From Candidatus Omnitrophota bacterium (GTDB lineage Bacteria > Omnitrophota > Gorgyraeia > Zapsychrales > Fredricksoniimonadaceae): a stretch of 64,000 nt of DNA. The stretch spans positions 6,994 through 70,993 of the forward strand of contig JBGAJA010000001.1 in the NCBI GenBank assembly GCA_044225175.1, read 5' to 3'. This document shows positions 46,353 to 57,051 of this stretch, piece after piece. A model generated the notes under the pieces. That model was not told the DNA's origin and made no database searches. It saw only the letters and a program-made list of their open reading frames with translations. The translations under genes were made by a program, and so were the position numbers. Each line of letters opens with the position of its first letter. Position 1 is the stretch's first letter.

Positions 46353-48065
46353 ATGCGTCTAAAGATTATTGAGAATTTTATATTATTCTTTCTTGCTCTG
46401 ATTTGTTTAGCACTGGTTTATATGCAAGTGATCAAGGGAAAGAATTACTATGATTTAAGTGTGAATAATCGGATTCGGGCAATTCCAATCGATGGTGCTC
46501 GAGGAAAGATATTTGATCGAAATGGGGTCGTTCTTGCAGACAACCGGCTTTCTTATCAAGTTGCTATTGTTTCGCAAGAGATCAATGATTTAGATTCTGT
46601 ATTTAATTTTCTCTCAAGCGTTTTTAAAAAACCTGCCTCTTATTTTCGTACACAATTTACAAAAAAACGTAGGACCTCATTTGCTCCAGTGGTATTGGCC
46701 CAGGATGTAGATCAGCAGACCATTATGACAATTGAGGAGAACCGTTTCCAATATCCTGGGTTAGTCATTAACAAATCTTATCGAAGGACCTATCCTGCTG
46801 GAGCAACGACGGCCCATGCTGTGGGATATGTAGGAAGAATTGATGAGCAGGAAGCAGATGTGATGCAAGAATATGGATATAATCTCGAGAGTGACGTTGG
46901 AAAGACAGGTGTTGAGAAAACGTATGATTCGGTATTGCGTGCAGAAGTTGGGGGAAGACAAATTGAGGTCAATTCAAGAGGGCAGGAAGTAAGATTGTTA
47001 GGTATTAAAGAGCCTGGAAGGGGCAAAGATATTACTCTTTCCATTGATCAAAGGATCCAAGTTATTTCAGAGCAGGTGATGGACTCCAAGCCTGGAGCTA
47101 TTGTGGTCATGGACTTAAAGAATGGTGAAGTTTTAGGAATTTCTAGTTCGCCTTCTTTTGATCCTAATGCATTTATGATTAGAGACCAGCAGGAGAAAGT
47201 TGTTTCTTATATTCGTGATACAAAATCACCTTTGTTAGATCGCGCCCTATCAGGACGTTATCCTCCTGGATCTGTTTTTAAGATTCCAGTTGCCTTGGCT
47301 GCAGTTGAACTAAATAAAGTGACACCTGATTTAACATTTGATTGTCCTGGTTACTATATGCTGGGACAAGCCAAATTTGGATGTGCGCACATTCATGGCA
47401 GTGAGAACCTTGAACAAGCCATTGCCCATTCTTGTAATGTCTACTTCTTTCATATAGGACAAATTATAACTGCCCATGTTATTGAGCAGTATGCGAAGGC
47501 TTTTGGTTTAGGGCGTGTGACAGGAATTGATCTGCCTTTTGAATCTGCAGGCCAAGTGATTGGTCATGCCAAACGAGGAGTACGTTGGTATACAGGAAAT
47601 ACTTTAAATCTTTCTATAGGCCAAGGTGAAACTTTATCTACTCCTCTGCAACTCACTGTGATGATGGCTGCTGTTGGGCTCAATGGTACTATTCTTCGTC
47701 CGCATATTGTTAAAGAAGTAGATTATAAGCCGGTCAGTCAACCCGACTTGAAGAAATTGCCAACAGTCCGTTTGCATGACCATACATGGCAGTTAATTCA
47801 AGAGGGATTGCGTTCTGTTGTAACAGACAAAGAGGGGACCGCTCATCTTCTCAATGATTTGCCAGGAATGACTGTATTTGGAAAGACAGGAACTGCACAG
47901 GCAGGAAGCACTAAAGCAAATCACGCCTGGTTCGCAGGATATGTGCGTTCCCCTAAAAACAATCTGGCCTTCTGCGTCTTTTTAGAGCATGGGGCCTCTT
48001 CCGCATATGCCGTTGAGATTGCCCAGCAGTTATTAAGCCGCATGCAGGCCCAGGGAATTATATAA
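46353..48065 (+). CDS. mrdA: Penicillin-binding protein 2 (elongasome transpeptidase)
   Basis: An N-terminal TM anchor is followed by a pedestal domain and a transpeptidase domain with SxxK (GSVFKIP), SxN (HSCNVYF) and KTG (FGKTGTAQ). Confidence 0.9.
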   Translation: MRLKIIENFILFFLALICLALVYMQVIKGKNYYDLSVNNRIRAIPIDGARGKIFDRNGVVLADNRLSYQVAIVSQEINDLDSVFNFLSSVFKKPASYFRTQFTKKRRTSFAPVVLAQDVDQQTIMTIEENRFQYPGLVINKSYRRTYPAGATTAHAVGYVGRIDEQEADVMQEYGYNLESDVGKTGVEKTYDSVLRAEVGGRQIEVNSRGQEVRLLGIKEPGRGKDITLSIDQRIQVISEQVMDSKPGAIVVMDLKNGEVLGISSSPSFDPNAFMIRDQQEKVVSYIRDTKSPLLDRALSGRYPPGSVFKIPVALAAVELNKVTPDLTFDCPGYYMLGQAKFGCAHIHGSENLEQAIAHSCNVYFFHIGQIITAHVIEQYAKAFGLGRVTGIDLPFESAGQVIGHAKRGVRWYTGNTLNLSIGQGETLSTPLQLTVMMAAVGLNGTILRPHIVKEVDYKPVSQPDLKKLPTVRLHDHTWQLIQEGLRSVVTDKEGTAHLLNDLPGMTVFGKTGTAQAGSTKANHAWFAGYVRSPKNNLAFCVFLEHGASSAYAVEIAQQLLSRMQAQGII

Positions 48066-48114
48066 TTCAATTTTTTTATTCAAGTAAACGCTTCCCCAAA
48101 TGCCTCCCCAGGCC

Positions 48115-48144
48115 TTGAAATCCCAAAATATATAGTACATACTT
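48115..48144 (+). promoter_or_regulatory. Candidate promoter TTGAAA-16-CATACT(TT) upstream of the 2031-aa paralog
   Basis: Seen directly. The same CATACTTT -10-like element with a 17-nt spacer occurs upstream of the 58422 paralog. Confidence 0.35.
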
Positions 48145-48162
48145 TATATAAATAGAGATCAT

Positions 48163-51100
48163 ATGAAAACCCCATTAACTATATTTATTTTAGTGAGTTT
48201 TATTGTTACAGGAACTATAGGCCCTATACCTGTTTCTGCAGAGGTAGGGGCGTATAGCAATACGCCTTTACATTTGCCAAAGCCTGGGGTAATGGTCCAT
48301 TTGAGCCCACCAGCTAATCCAGCAATGCTCAAAGGGATCAAGGTTCATCCAGATAATCCGTTTCGGTTTGAATTCATAATGGATGCGGGTGATCCTGTAG
48401 GGGCACGGCATGCCGTGCCCCTACGTGATGATGCCAGCAGATTAATCAAATATTTCCTCGCCTCATTAACTATACCCGAGCATGACCTCTGGGTGAACCT
48501 AAGTCCCTATGAAAAGAACCGTATAGTTCCTGAGAGCTTTGGCCAGACCGAGATGGGCCGAGATCTATTAGCCCAAGACTACATGCTCAAACAGATCACC
48601 GCGAGTCTTATATATCCTGAAGATGAGATAGGAAAGAGATTCTGGAAGAGAATCTATGAAGAAGCAGCCAAGAAATATGGAACAACGAATATACCTGTGA
48701 GTACATTCAATAAGGTATGGATAGTTCCTGACAAAGCTGGGATTTATAAAACAAATGATACAGCTTTTGTTGTTCAAAGCCATCTTAAGGTCATGGTTGA
48801 AGAAGATTATGTATCGGCCAATAAGGATAATGCAGCAGGAGTAAAAGCAGATGGTAGCCCGAAAACTAATGCCATAGGATCTCAAATTATACGTGAAATT
48901 ATCATTCCTGAATTGACCAAAGAAGTTAATGAAAACCAGAATTTTGCAAATTTACGCCAAATTTATAATTCTCTGATCCTTGCGACATGGTTTAAGAAAC
49001 ATTTGAAGAACAGCGTTTTAAATAAAATTTATGTAAACAAGAACAAGGTCTTTGGGGTGAATGTCGAAAATAGAAATGCAAAGGAAGAGATTTTTGCCCA
49101 GTATTTAACGGCATTCAAAAAGGGAGTTTACAATTATATTAAAGAGGAGCCGGACGTTATAACACAGCAAAAGGTTCCGAGAAAATATTTTTCTGGTGGA
49201 GCTCAATTTGGACAGGTTCCTAATATTCTCACACAAGACCACCTTATTTCTGAGGTTCGCTGCAGTCAGGCCATGCTTGTTTCAGTGAATTTGCAAGCTA
49301 GGAACGATCCTGCAATGCCAACAAGCAAAGAATCATCTAAGATGGGCAAACCTTTGGAAAGCATAGAAATTCCTCATATTTTTTTGAAGCCAAACTCCCG
49401 AATACCTTTGCAAATAGCTAATATTCGACAGGGAGTTTTTTTAGATGATGTGGCTAAAGAGGAATTAACTTTGCAGGATGTATCTTTACTGCAAAGAAAA
49501 ATAGTGCGTCTTAATAATGCTCAAGATGGTCAAGTGATTAGAGATTTTCTTAGGGCTGAAGAAAATCGGGATTATGCATCTGGAAAAGAACCCAGAATGA
49601 TTATTAAACGTATTAAAGATCAGACGTATATTCTTCCATATTCCTCTTACCATAAAGGAGCTTCGCCAGTTCTACTTAAAGTTCTCTCGCAAATGAATAT
49701 TCCTTCCAACGCTCAAGGGCCAGTTTTTTTTACGGATGTGTCTTATATTATAAACCAGAACGATCATCAGAAGATAGATTCGCTTACAGGCCATTTTGCG
49801 GGGACACAAATCTATCTTTTAAAAGCTGATTTTCTTTCTCTGATTGATTCCATGAGTCCAGAATCTAAGTTAAGGGAAATTATTCTTCAGCTTGTTTTAG
49901 AAGAATTATTTGGACAAACATCTCAGAGATCTAAAACTGTTAATTTGGAGGATCAATGGGGAAGGTTTAAAAATTTACTTGATGAGAATAAATTAGATCC
50001 TATCAATTCGATTTGTTTCTTAACTGAAAGGCACTTTATTGCCCCAGAGTTTTTTTTACACGAGTTAGAACAATGGAACATCCAAACAGTAACTTTAGAT
50101 CAAAGAGATGCGATTAATACGATTCTTCGATTTATTATCAATAATGATCCCAATGTTGAGAATTTAACGAGAGCAACAAAATTCTTATACAAAATGGATT
50201 CTCAAGCTGTAATTTCTTTAGCGAATTTGGAGACTACGTCTTTGGCTTTGGAACAAGATAGTCTTAATCAAATGAGTGCAGACGAAAAGATTAAATTTAT
50301 CTTAGTATTAACTCAATTGACTCAAGGAGAACATAGGCTTCATTTATTAATGAAAGCTTACAAAATATTTAAAGAAGCCAGAAATCTTGAGCAGTGGAGC
50401 AGAAAACAACGCTTGAAAGATATCAGTCTTGGATTTGCTCAAATAGGCGCTTATCAACAGGCCATTGAAGTCACGCTTAATGAAAAAGATCAGGATTTCG
50501 AAGTATTGTTTAATATAGCGGAAATTCAATGGAAAGCAGGTGATTGGGAAGGCGCGAATAGAACATTTGAAAAAGCTTTAACAATAGTTCAAGCTTCAGA
50601 CAGAATGCAGGATAGATACATTAATTTAATTTTAAGAATGACTAAAATACAGGGAGTTTCTCATCCTCAAGAGGCCAAAAGAACATTACAGCAACTAACA
50701 AATACACCATTCAATACTTTAATGCAAGTGGCTGTTGTTTTTGCCCGGCTAGGGTTTGAATATGATGCCAAAAATATGTTTCTTAAACTTCGAAGAAATG
50801 CATTGAGTTCAAAAGAAGGTTTAACAAGGCAAGCAGATGCGCTTAAGAAAATAGCCAAGCAGCAAATGGAAATTGGCTATAGTCCTCAAGCTACCCTGGA
50901 AGAATTAAGAAGAATTATTCGTCAAAAGGAAATTGGTTCAGGTTTGAATTGGAGGGTCTTCACTCTTATTGAGATTGTTAAGACAGAAATTAAAGAAGGT
51001 TTTGATTATGAACAAGACTTAAAATTAGCGCAACATTTGGCCGGATTTATAGACAAAGTTGATAGCTTTGAAATAATGAAATCCTTTGCTCAAATTGAAA

Positions 51101-54100
51101 TCATGATAGGAAAAGACGCTAGAAGCTATCTTCAAAAAGCCCAGGAAAGCTTTCGTGATGTTGAGGATTATCAGAAAAGAAAACCTCTAAATGAAATTAT
51201 TAAAATCCAGTTAGATGGTGGTTATTTGACCGAAGCTATAGAAACAATGGGGCTCATTAGAGGTGGGGTGGAGGGAGACTTGTATTCTCGTCTTATCATT
51301 CTTCTTGCAGAATCTGGACAGTATGAAGAGGCATTACAGCGCACCGGTGGCGAAACATTTGAAAAGATTATTAGTATTTATAAAAATAAACCTGGAAATC
51401 GTGCTGAAAAAGCCAGGATTAAAAGATTGTTGAACAATCTCAAAGAACTACGTGAAGAGAAGGAGACAAAAGAGAAAATAAGATATTGGAGCAAAATTGC
51501 AATGTGTCAAATAGACTTAGGGTTTAAGAAAGACGCTCAAGAGACTATCTCACAAGTTAAAGTTCTCATTGGGAAATTAGAAACACATGACAATATTGAT
51601 CGACCGGGTTATTGGCTATGGATGGCAGAACTGGAAATGAAAGCAGGAATCAAGGTTGATTTGAAAATTTTAACGAAAGAAGTGCTTTCTCTTACAAATA
51701 AGAAATATTATGAGAATTTTTCCTCAAAAACAGATGCATTATTGAGTTTAGCGAGAATTCTTCAAAAGAATAAGATGGATTCTACTGAGATTCTTAGAGA
51801 ATTTATTAACATCTGTGAAGAAGAGAGAAGTGACTCGGAAAATGAAGGGTATTATGAAGTTATTGATGCGTTAATTGAGTTGGGTCAATTTCAACGTGAA
51901 TTTGATTATGATGCGTCTAAAACGTACAGAACTGCCTATGGGCTCATTGATGGATCCTATTATGAAGATACCTCAAATGAAAGTAATTATTCTGAAGACA
52001 AAAATACTGACTTTAATAATGTAATGAAAGCCCAAATTAAAGCCGGTTATTTTAAAGATGCACTCACAACGATTGAGAGTCTTGAATATAACGATAAGAT
52101 TGCTGGTTATTTGAACATGTATAACACAGCTAAAAAATCTAATAAGCTTGATATCCAAAATCATGCCTTTAATCAACTATCCATTCAAGGTCAAAATTTT
52201 TCCTTTGGCGATATAACAGATGCCTCAACCGCAATTTTTTCACTTCCACGCATTCGATTTCTTGTTAAAGCTTATTTAGATGGGCAGATTAAGCTTGATC
52301 TTAAGAGTGTTCTCAATTTAATGAGAATTCTTGAAAGCGATTTGTTTTCTTTCGAAGATGGTATTATGGAACGGCGAGCTACTTTATTGCAGTTGACAGA
52401 GAGGGCTCTAAAGGAGAGGTATGGGAATATTCCTGAAATTGAAAATATTTTACGACGATTTTTTTCTAAGATAGAGCGCGACCAGGAAAGGTTTTCTAAA
52501 TCAGCTAATGACCCTAAAGCCCTTGAAGAATTAGGCAGGGAGCTAAGAAATCGGAATTTATCGTTGATTAATACTGTCAATTTAATTGAGCTCTACCACA
52601 TGTATTATCCGAAAATGTCTTACTTCTTGATTTGGCTTTTGACACAAGATGTGCATGTAAGACCCGTTGCAAATCTAAGATACGTTATTATGCAAGCATC
52701 CAGCCAAAAAGTATCTTATAAGCCGCTTCTTTTGTATCTATTACAAGCCCCTTATATTAGCCAGCGAGAGGAACGAGAGAAAGATTATACGAAACGCTGG
52801 CAGCTTTTGAAGAAATATAAAACATTGATGTCTCTTATTTCTCGTCTTGAGATAGAGCAATCTGTTGTCAGTGATATTATGAAGGATTTCTCAAGTGATT
52901 TTGATTTTACACGAACAGAGGAGTTTTTTAAAATAGGCATAAAGAAAGTTTTAGAGCAATATTTAGAAAAACCCCTAGATGACCTTCAAGAAATTAAGAA
53001 TGTGGATGAATTAGTGAATATATTAATTTATATGAAAAATATGTCTGGCGAAGATGATGATGGAGAGGATGAGGAGGGTAATCAAGGTGTATTAAAAGAA
53101 ATTATACATAAATATTTGACTTCTGGTTCAAAGGCGGCCTGGGATTATATAAAAACATTAGGAGGCAATGAAGATTATAAAGATGAAAAGAACTTTCTGG
53201 AAGGTCCAGGGGCCATGAAATTTGTTGTTAAGGAAGTAGAAGATGTAGAACAATTTATTCGTAGTAGAAAACAAATGCTTTATGAAGATATTAAGCGTCA
53301 TATGGAGTGGTTAAAGAATGATTACAGTAAAGATAAGAAGGTTGTAGATGCCATTGAGAAATTATCGATTCAATTCGGTGAGAATGTTGATGAGGATATT
53401 TTGAAAATCAAAACAATCCTTGCGGAGCTCAAAGCTAAAGAGCTGGGAAAGGGGGGTATTCAAAAGAGCAACAGCCATGCGAAAGACATGGAAGAGCGTA
53501 TTTTTAATATTCAGAATTTAAAAGCGCAAACTTTAAGGAATGTCACTGATGAAATCACAATTGATATTAGCCAAGATCCTATTGAAACTTTGCATTTAGG
53601 AGTTGGTTTTCCAAGTTGTTTAGACTGTATAGATGGAGAATACAAAGTCCATGCCTTTGAAAATCTTGTGGATTTAAATAAACGAGTGATTTATGTGAAA
53701 GATAGCCAAGGCAGACGCATTGGTCGTGTAGTTCTTGCTCTTGCAAAAGAAGGGGAAAAGAAAATTATTTTACCGATATCTATATTCTATACAAATACGA
53801 CGTTCGATTTAAATGGCCACATGTTGAGCTTTTTAAAAGCATACAGCCGCCATACGGGATATAATTTATTAATAACGAATAATATTATTTCTGGCTTACA
53901 AGGCCCTAAGCAGGAAGCGAACATTAAATTAGAAGAAGCGGTTGCAAGAACTATTTATTCTGATTTTGGTTTTGAAGTAGGAGAAGGAAGAATAAATGAG
54001 AGTGTCTGGCGTTATACCCCAGATGGGGCGATGAGTGTAGCTCAAAAACAAGAAGTTGGTGGTATTGATTTAAATCCTACAGCCATAACTATGCTTGAAA

Positions 54101-54258
54101 GCGGACAGGATATTCAGATGAAAATTCCTGCTGATTTGAAAAATTTAGAAACTCTGCAATTTGATGGCTTTATTCCTGTCATTATTAATATCACTCCCAT
54201 TGTAAACTTGCCTCTTTTTTTAGGATCAAATCAAGCCCAAGAAGTCGTTACTCATTAG
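48163..54258 (+). CDS. Giant-protein family member (2031 aa). It has a signal peptide, the conserved family N-domain, a long alpha-helical (TPR/solenoid-like) central region, and the conserved family C-terminal tail.
   Basis: The signal peptide is MKTPLTIFILVSFIVTGTIGPIPVSA. The N-domain carries ~55 aa that are nearly invariant against the 30870 copy (LIKYFLASLTIPEHDLWVNLSPYEKNRIVPESFGQTEMGRDLLAQDYMLKQITASL), plus YNYIKEEP and PRKYFSGG. The tail GGIDLNPTAIT...GFIPVIINITPIVNLPLFLG lies at 54058..54255. Confidence 0.85.
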   Translation: MKTPLTIFILVSFIVTGTIGPIPVSAEVGAYSNTPLHLPKPGVMVHLSPPANPAMLKGIKVHPDNPFRFEFIMDAGDPVGARHAVPLRDDASRLIKYFLASLTIPEHDLWVNLSPYEKNRIVPESFGQTEMGRDLLAQDYMLKQITASLIYPEDEIGKRFWKRIYEEAAKKYGTTNIPVSTFNKVWIVPDKAGIYKTNDTAFVVQSHLKVMVEEDYVSANKDNAAGVKADGSPKTNAIGSQIIREIIIPELTKEVNENQNFANLRQIYNSLILATWFKKHLKNSVLNKIYVNKNKVFGVNVENRNAKEEIFAQYLTAFKKGVYNYIKEEPDVITQQKVPRKYFSGGAQFGQVPNILTQDHLISEVRCSQAMLVSVNLQARNDPAMPTSKESSKMGKPLESIEIPHIFLKPNSRIPLQIANIRQGVFLDDVAKEELTLQDVSLLQRKIVRLNNAQDGQVIRDFLRAEENRDYASGKEPRMIIKRIKDQTYILPYSSYHKGASPVLLKVLSQMNIPSNAQGPVFFTDVSYIINQNDHQKIDSLTGHFAGTQIYLLKADFLSLIDSMSPESKLREIILQLVLEELFGQTSQRSKTVNLEDQWGRFKNLLDENKLDPINSICFLTERHFIAPEFFLHELEQWNIQTVTLDQRDAINTILRFIINNDPNVENLTRATKFLYKMDSQAVISLANLETTSLALEQDSLNQMSADEKIKFILVLTQLTQGEHRLHLLMKAYKIFKEARNLEQWSRKQRLKDISLGFAQIGAYQQAIEVTLNEKDQDFEVLFNIAEIQWKAGDWEGANRTFEKALTIVQASDRMQDRYINLILRMTKIQGVSHPQEAKRTLQQLTNTPFNTLMQVAVVFARLGFEYDAKNMFLKLRRNALSSKEGLTRQADALKKIAKQQMEIGYSPQATLEELRRIIRQKEIGSGLNWRVFTLIEIVKTEIKEGFDYEQDLKLAQHLAGFIDKVDSFEIMKSFAQIEIMIGKDARSYLQKAQESFRDVEDYQKRKPLNEIIKIQLDGGYLTEAIETMGLIRGGVEGDLYSRLIILLAESGQYEEALQRTGGETFEKIISIYKNKPGNRAEKARIKRLLNNLKELREEKETKEKIRYWSKIAMCQIDLGFKKDAQETISQVKVLIGKLETHDNIDRPGYWLWMAELEMKAGIKVDLKILTKEVLSLTNKKYYENFSSKTDALLSLARILQKNKMDSTEILREFINICEEERSDSENEGYYEVIDALIELGQFQREFDYDASKTYRTAYGLIDGSYYEDTSNESNYSEDKNTDFNNVMKAQIKAGYFKDALTTIESLEYNDKIAGYLNMYNTAKKSNKLDIQNHAFNQLSIQGQNFSFGDITDASTAIFSLPRIRFLVKAYLDGQIKLDLKSVLNLMRILESDLFSFEDGIMERRATLLQLTERALKERYGNIPEIENILRRFFSKIERDQERFSKSANDPKALEELGRELRNRNLSLINTVNLIELYHMYYPKMSYFLIWLLTQDVHVRPVANLRYVIMQASSQKVSYKPLLLYLLQAPYISQREEREKDYTKRWQLLKKYKTLMSLISRLEIEQSVVSDIMKDFSSDFDFTRTEEFFKIGIKKVLEQYLEKPLDDLQEIKNVDELVNILIYMKNMSGEDDDGEDEEGNQGVLKEIIHKYLTSGSKAAWDYIKTLGGNEDYKDEKNFLEGPGAMKFVVKEVEDVEQFIRSRKQMLYEDIKRHMEWLKNDYSKDKKVVDAIEKLSIQFGENVDEDILKIKTILAELKAKELGKGGIQKSNSHAKDMEERIFNIQNLKAQTLRNVTDEITIDISQDPIETLHLGVGFPSCLDCIDGEYKVHAFENLVDLNKRVIYVKDSQGRRIGRVVLALAKEGEKKIILPISIFYTNTTFDLNGHMLSFLKAYSRHTGYNLLITNNIISGLQGPKQEANIKLEEAVARTIYSDFGFEVGEGRINESVWRYTPDGAMSVAQKQEVGGIDLNPTAITMLESGQDIQMKIPADLKNLETLQFDGFIPVIINITPIVNLPLFLGSNQAQEVVTH

Positions 54259-54342
54259 TAATCAAGATTTAAGAATTTTCTCGATATCTTGTTGCATGCA
54301 AAGCATAGACAAAGGATAATGTCTTCAAACCAGGAGGAAGAC

Positions 54343-56460
54343 ATGCCCATTATCTATAAAGAAGAAAACAATATTGCTTTTATTACCTTCGACCAAGCTG
54401 ATTCAAAAGTTAACGTCCTCGACTCAAAGACCCTCATTGAATTTGAACACATTTTAGATCAATTTAAAAATACTAGCGCCTTAAAGGCTATTGTTATCCA
54501 AAGTGCCAAAAAAGATATTTTTATTGCTGGTGCTGACATTAAAGAAATTGAAAACATTACAGATTTTGCTTTGGGTAAAACAGCAGCCCAGGCAGGTCAG
54601 CGTATATTTAATAAGCTAGAAGATTTACCAACGCCAACCATTGCTCTTATCGATGGAGCTGCTTTGGGTGGTGGATGTGAACTCGCTTTAGCATGCCGCT
54701 ACCGCATTGCTACATTCAGCGATAAGGTCCGTATTGGTTTACCAGAAGTGAATCTTGGATTTGTGCCAGGATTTGGAGGAACATATCGTCTTCCTCGTCT
54801 TGTAGGTTTGCAAGGGGCCTTGAAAATTATTTTGGCAGGATCTTCCGTTGATGGAAAAACAGCGCTTCGTATGGGGTTAGTGGATCGCATTTATCCACAA
54901 GCAGGATTATCTCAGCGAGTTGTGGAATTTGTTCAAGAAATCACGGCCAAGCCCAAGAGAAGAAAATATCCAACCAATGTTCCAGTAGGCTTTAATGCCT
55001 TTTTGGATAATAATCCAATAGGGCGGGCGATTGTTTATAATCAATCTGCAAAGGGAGTTTTGAAAGCAACCAAAGGCTTTTATCCAGCTCCAATGAAAGC
55101 GCTTGAAGTGATTAAACAAACCATCTCCATGTCTCGTCCTCAGGCTCTTGATATTGAATCGTCTGCTTTTGCTGAGTTGGCTATTGGGACAATTTCTAAG
55201 AATCTTGTCAAAGTGTTCTATTTGTCCGAGAAATTTAAGAAACTTTCTGTTCCTGGAGCTGAAAATATCAAACCTATGCCTATTGCTAAAGGGGCGACTA
55301 TAGGAGCAGGTATTATGGGAGGGGGTATTGCTCAGCTTCTGAGTAATCGGGGCGTATGGGTGAGGCTTAAGGACATTAATCATGATGCTATTGCTAAAGG
55401 TTTGAAGGCTGCTTCTGATGTGTATATGCAGGCTGTTAAACGCAAACGCATGAAACCCTCTGATATGGCTAATAAAATGGGAATGATTTCTGGAACTTTG
55501 GATTTTAGCGGTGTTTCTAATGCGGATATTGTGATAGAGGCTGTTGTGGAAAACATGGATGTTAAAAAGAAGGTATTTACTGAAGTGAGTAATAATGTAC
55601 CTGCTAACACCATTTTAGCGTCGAATACTTCCTCATTATCTGTGACCGAAATGGGCTCTGTTGTCAAAGACCCTTCTAAGGTGATTGGATTTCATTTCTT
55701 TAATCCGGTTCATCGTATGCCATTGATTGAAATCGTGACGACTCCTAAGACTTCTCAAGAGACTCTTGTATCCACCCTAGAATTTGCAAAACGTTTAGGG
55801 AAGACGCCAATTATCGTCAAAGATGCCCCAGGATTCTTAGTGAATAGGATTTTATTAGCTTATATTAATGAATCAGGTCGATTGCTTGAACAAGGGGGCT
55901 CTATTGTACATTTGGATAAGATTGCAACAGATTTTGGCATGCCCATGGGGCCATTTCTTCTTTCCGATGAAGTAGGGCTGGATGTAGGGGTTAAAGTACT
56001 TCACATTCTTGAAGCTGGTCTTGGGCCTCGATTCAAATCTGGTTCTTTGTTCGATGAAGTATTGGCTTTAAAATTGTTGGGGAAAAAATCTGGTAAAGGT
56101 TTTTATATTCATGGAAAAGAACGTGAAGTAAATGCTCAGGTGCAAGCCATGGTCAAGGGAGGCAATCCTGCTTCTGATGAAGAAGCTTTAATGCGTATGA
56201 CATATATCATGATCAATGAAGCAGCTCTTATTTTGCAAGAAGGGATCGTGGATGGAGCCGATACGGTCGATATTGGTATGATTATGGGTACAGGCTTTCC
56301 ACCGTTTCGAGGAGGGCTTTTACGTTATGCGGATTCGATAGGGATTGATAAGCTGGTTTCTGATCTCCAGAGCCTAGAAAGTAAATTCAAAGATGGGCGT
56401 TTCAAACCTGCGGATTATATTTTGAATCTTAAGTCTAAGGGAAAGAAATTCCATAGTTAA
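54343..56460 (+). CDS. fadB: Fatty-acid oxidation multifunctional enzyme (enoyl-CoA hydratase / 3-hydroxyacyl-CoA dehydrogenase, FadB/FadJ-like)
   Basis: The N-terminal crotonase fold reads ALIDGAALGGGCELALAC. The central NAD-binding motif is GAGIMGGGIAQ and a C-terminal HCDH domain follows. The start was chosen at the ATG preceded by AGGAGGA (54329-35). Confidence 0.8.
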   Translation: MPIIYKEENNIAFITFDQADSKVNVLDSKTLIEFEHILDQFKNTSALKAIVIQSAKKDIFIAGADIKEIENITDFALGKTAAQAGQRIFNKLEDLPTPTIALIDGAALGGGCELALACRYRIATFSDKVRIGLPEVNLGFVPGFGGTYRLPRLVGLQGALKIILAGSSVDGKTALRMGLVDRIYPQAGLSQRVVEFVQEITAKPKRRKYPTNVPVGFNAFLDNNPIGRAIVYNQSAKGVLKATKGFYPAPMKALEVIKQTISMSRPQALDIESSAFAELAIGTISKNLVKVFYLSEKFKKLSVPGAENIKPMPIAKGATIGAGIMGGGIAQLLSNRGVWVRLKDINHDAIAKGLKAASDVYMQAVKRKRMKPSDMANKMGMISGTLDFSGVSNADIVIEAVVENMDVKKKVFTEVSNNVPANTILASNTSSLSVTEMGSVVKDPSKVIGFHFFNPVHRMPLIEIVTTPKTSQETLVSTLEFAKRLGKTPIIVKDAPGFLVNRILLAYINESGRLLEQGGSIVHLDKIATDFGMPMGPFLLSDEVGLDVGVKVLHILEAGLGPRFKSGSLFDEVLALKLLGKKSGKGFYIHGKEREVNAQVQAMVKGGNPASDEEALMRMTYIMINEAALILQEGIVDGADTVDIGMIMGTGFPPFRGGLLRYADSIGIDKLVSDLQSLESKFKDGRFKPADYILNLKSKGKKFHS

Positions 56461-56466
56461 GTTAAT

Positions 56467-57021
56467 ATGAAACAAGAAACAAAGAAAAAGATTTTGATGT
56501 CACTTTTGGTTTTATTAGCTCTTGTTTTTGCAGCTGGAGTGGGCTGGCTCATTTATTATATGAGCCAGGTTAAGGAGTATAAGGACAGTGAGCATAAATT
56601 CTCAATAGTGTACCCTTCCAAATGGGAGAAGAATGAGCGATATTTGGGAACGGCGGTTGCCTTTGTCCGTCCCAAACAAACAGCCCTTGATGTGTTTTCT
56701 CCTAATGTAAATATCTCTGTTCAAGATGTCCCTGATGAAATTGCGACCCTTAAAAGTTTCTCTGAAACAATCACTAAACAAATGACTACTGTCTTTCAGA
56801 AAAATATCACTATTGTCAAAGACCAAGACATGGATTTTGGCGGCAGGAAAGGGCATATATTAGTCGTGAATGCGCCCCAGCCGCAGAATCTAAAATCCAT
56901 CTTTGTATGGACTATTAAAGGCTCAAAAGGCTATATTTTTACGTTCATGTCCCGGATTGATCAATACAAGGAAGTCGAACCTTTGGTCGATCGAATGATA
57001 CATTCCTTCAAGCTACAATAA
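56467..57021 (+). CDS. Hypothetical membrane-anchored periplasmic protein (184 aa)
   Basis: An N-terminal TM/signal anchor LMSLLVLLALVFAAGVGWLIYY is followed by a beta-rich domain. I could not assign a family. Confidence 0.4.
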   Translation: MKQETKKKILMSLLVLLALVFAAGVGWLIYYMSQVKEYKDSEHKFSIVYPSKWEKNERYLGTAVAFVRPKQTALDVFSPNVNISVQDVPDEIATLKSFSETITKQMTTVFQKNITIVKDQDMDFGGRKGHILVVNAPQPQNLKSIFVWTIKGSKGYIFTFMSRIDQYKEVEPLVDRMIHSFKLQ

Positions 57022-57023
57022 CC

Positions 57024-57051
57024 TTCTGAACCTGCGAGGTTCCAGAAGGCG
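57024..57051. terminator. Imperfect hairpin CCTTCTGAACC-tgcga-GGTTCCAGAAGG between convergent genes; bidirectional terminator
   Basis: Seen directly. It sits in the 30-nt gap between the stops of 56467..57021 (+) and 57052..57696 (-). Confidence 0.5.
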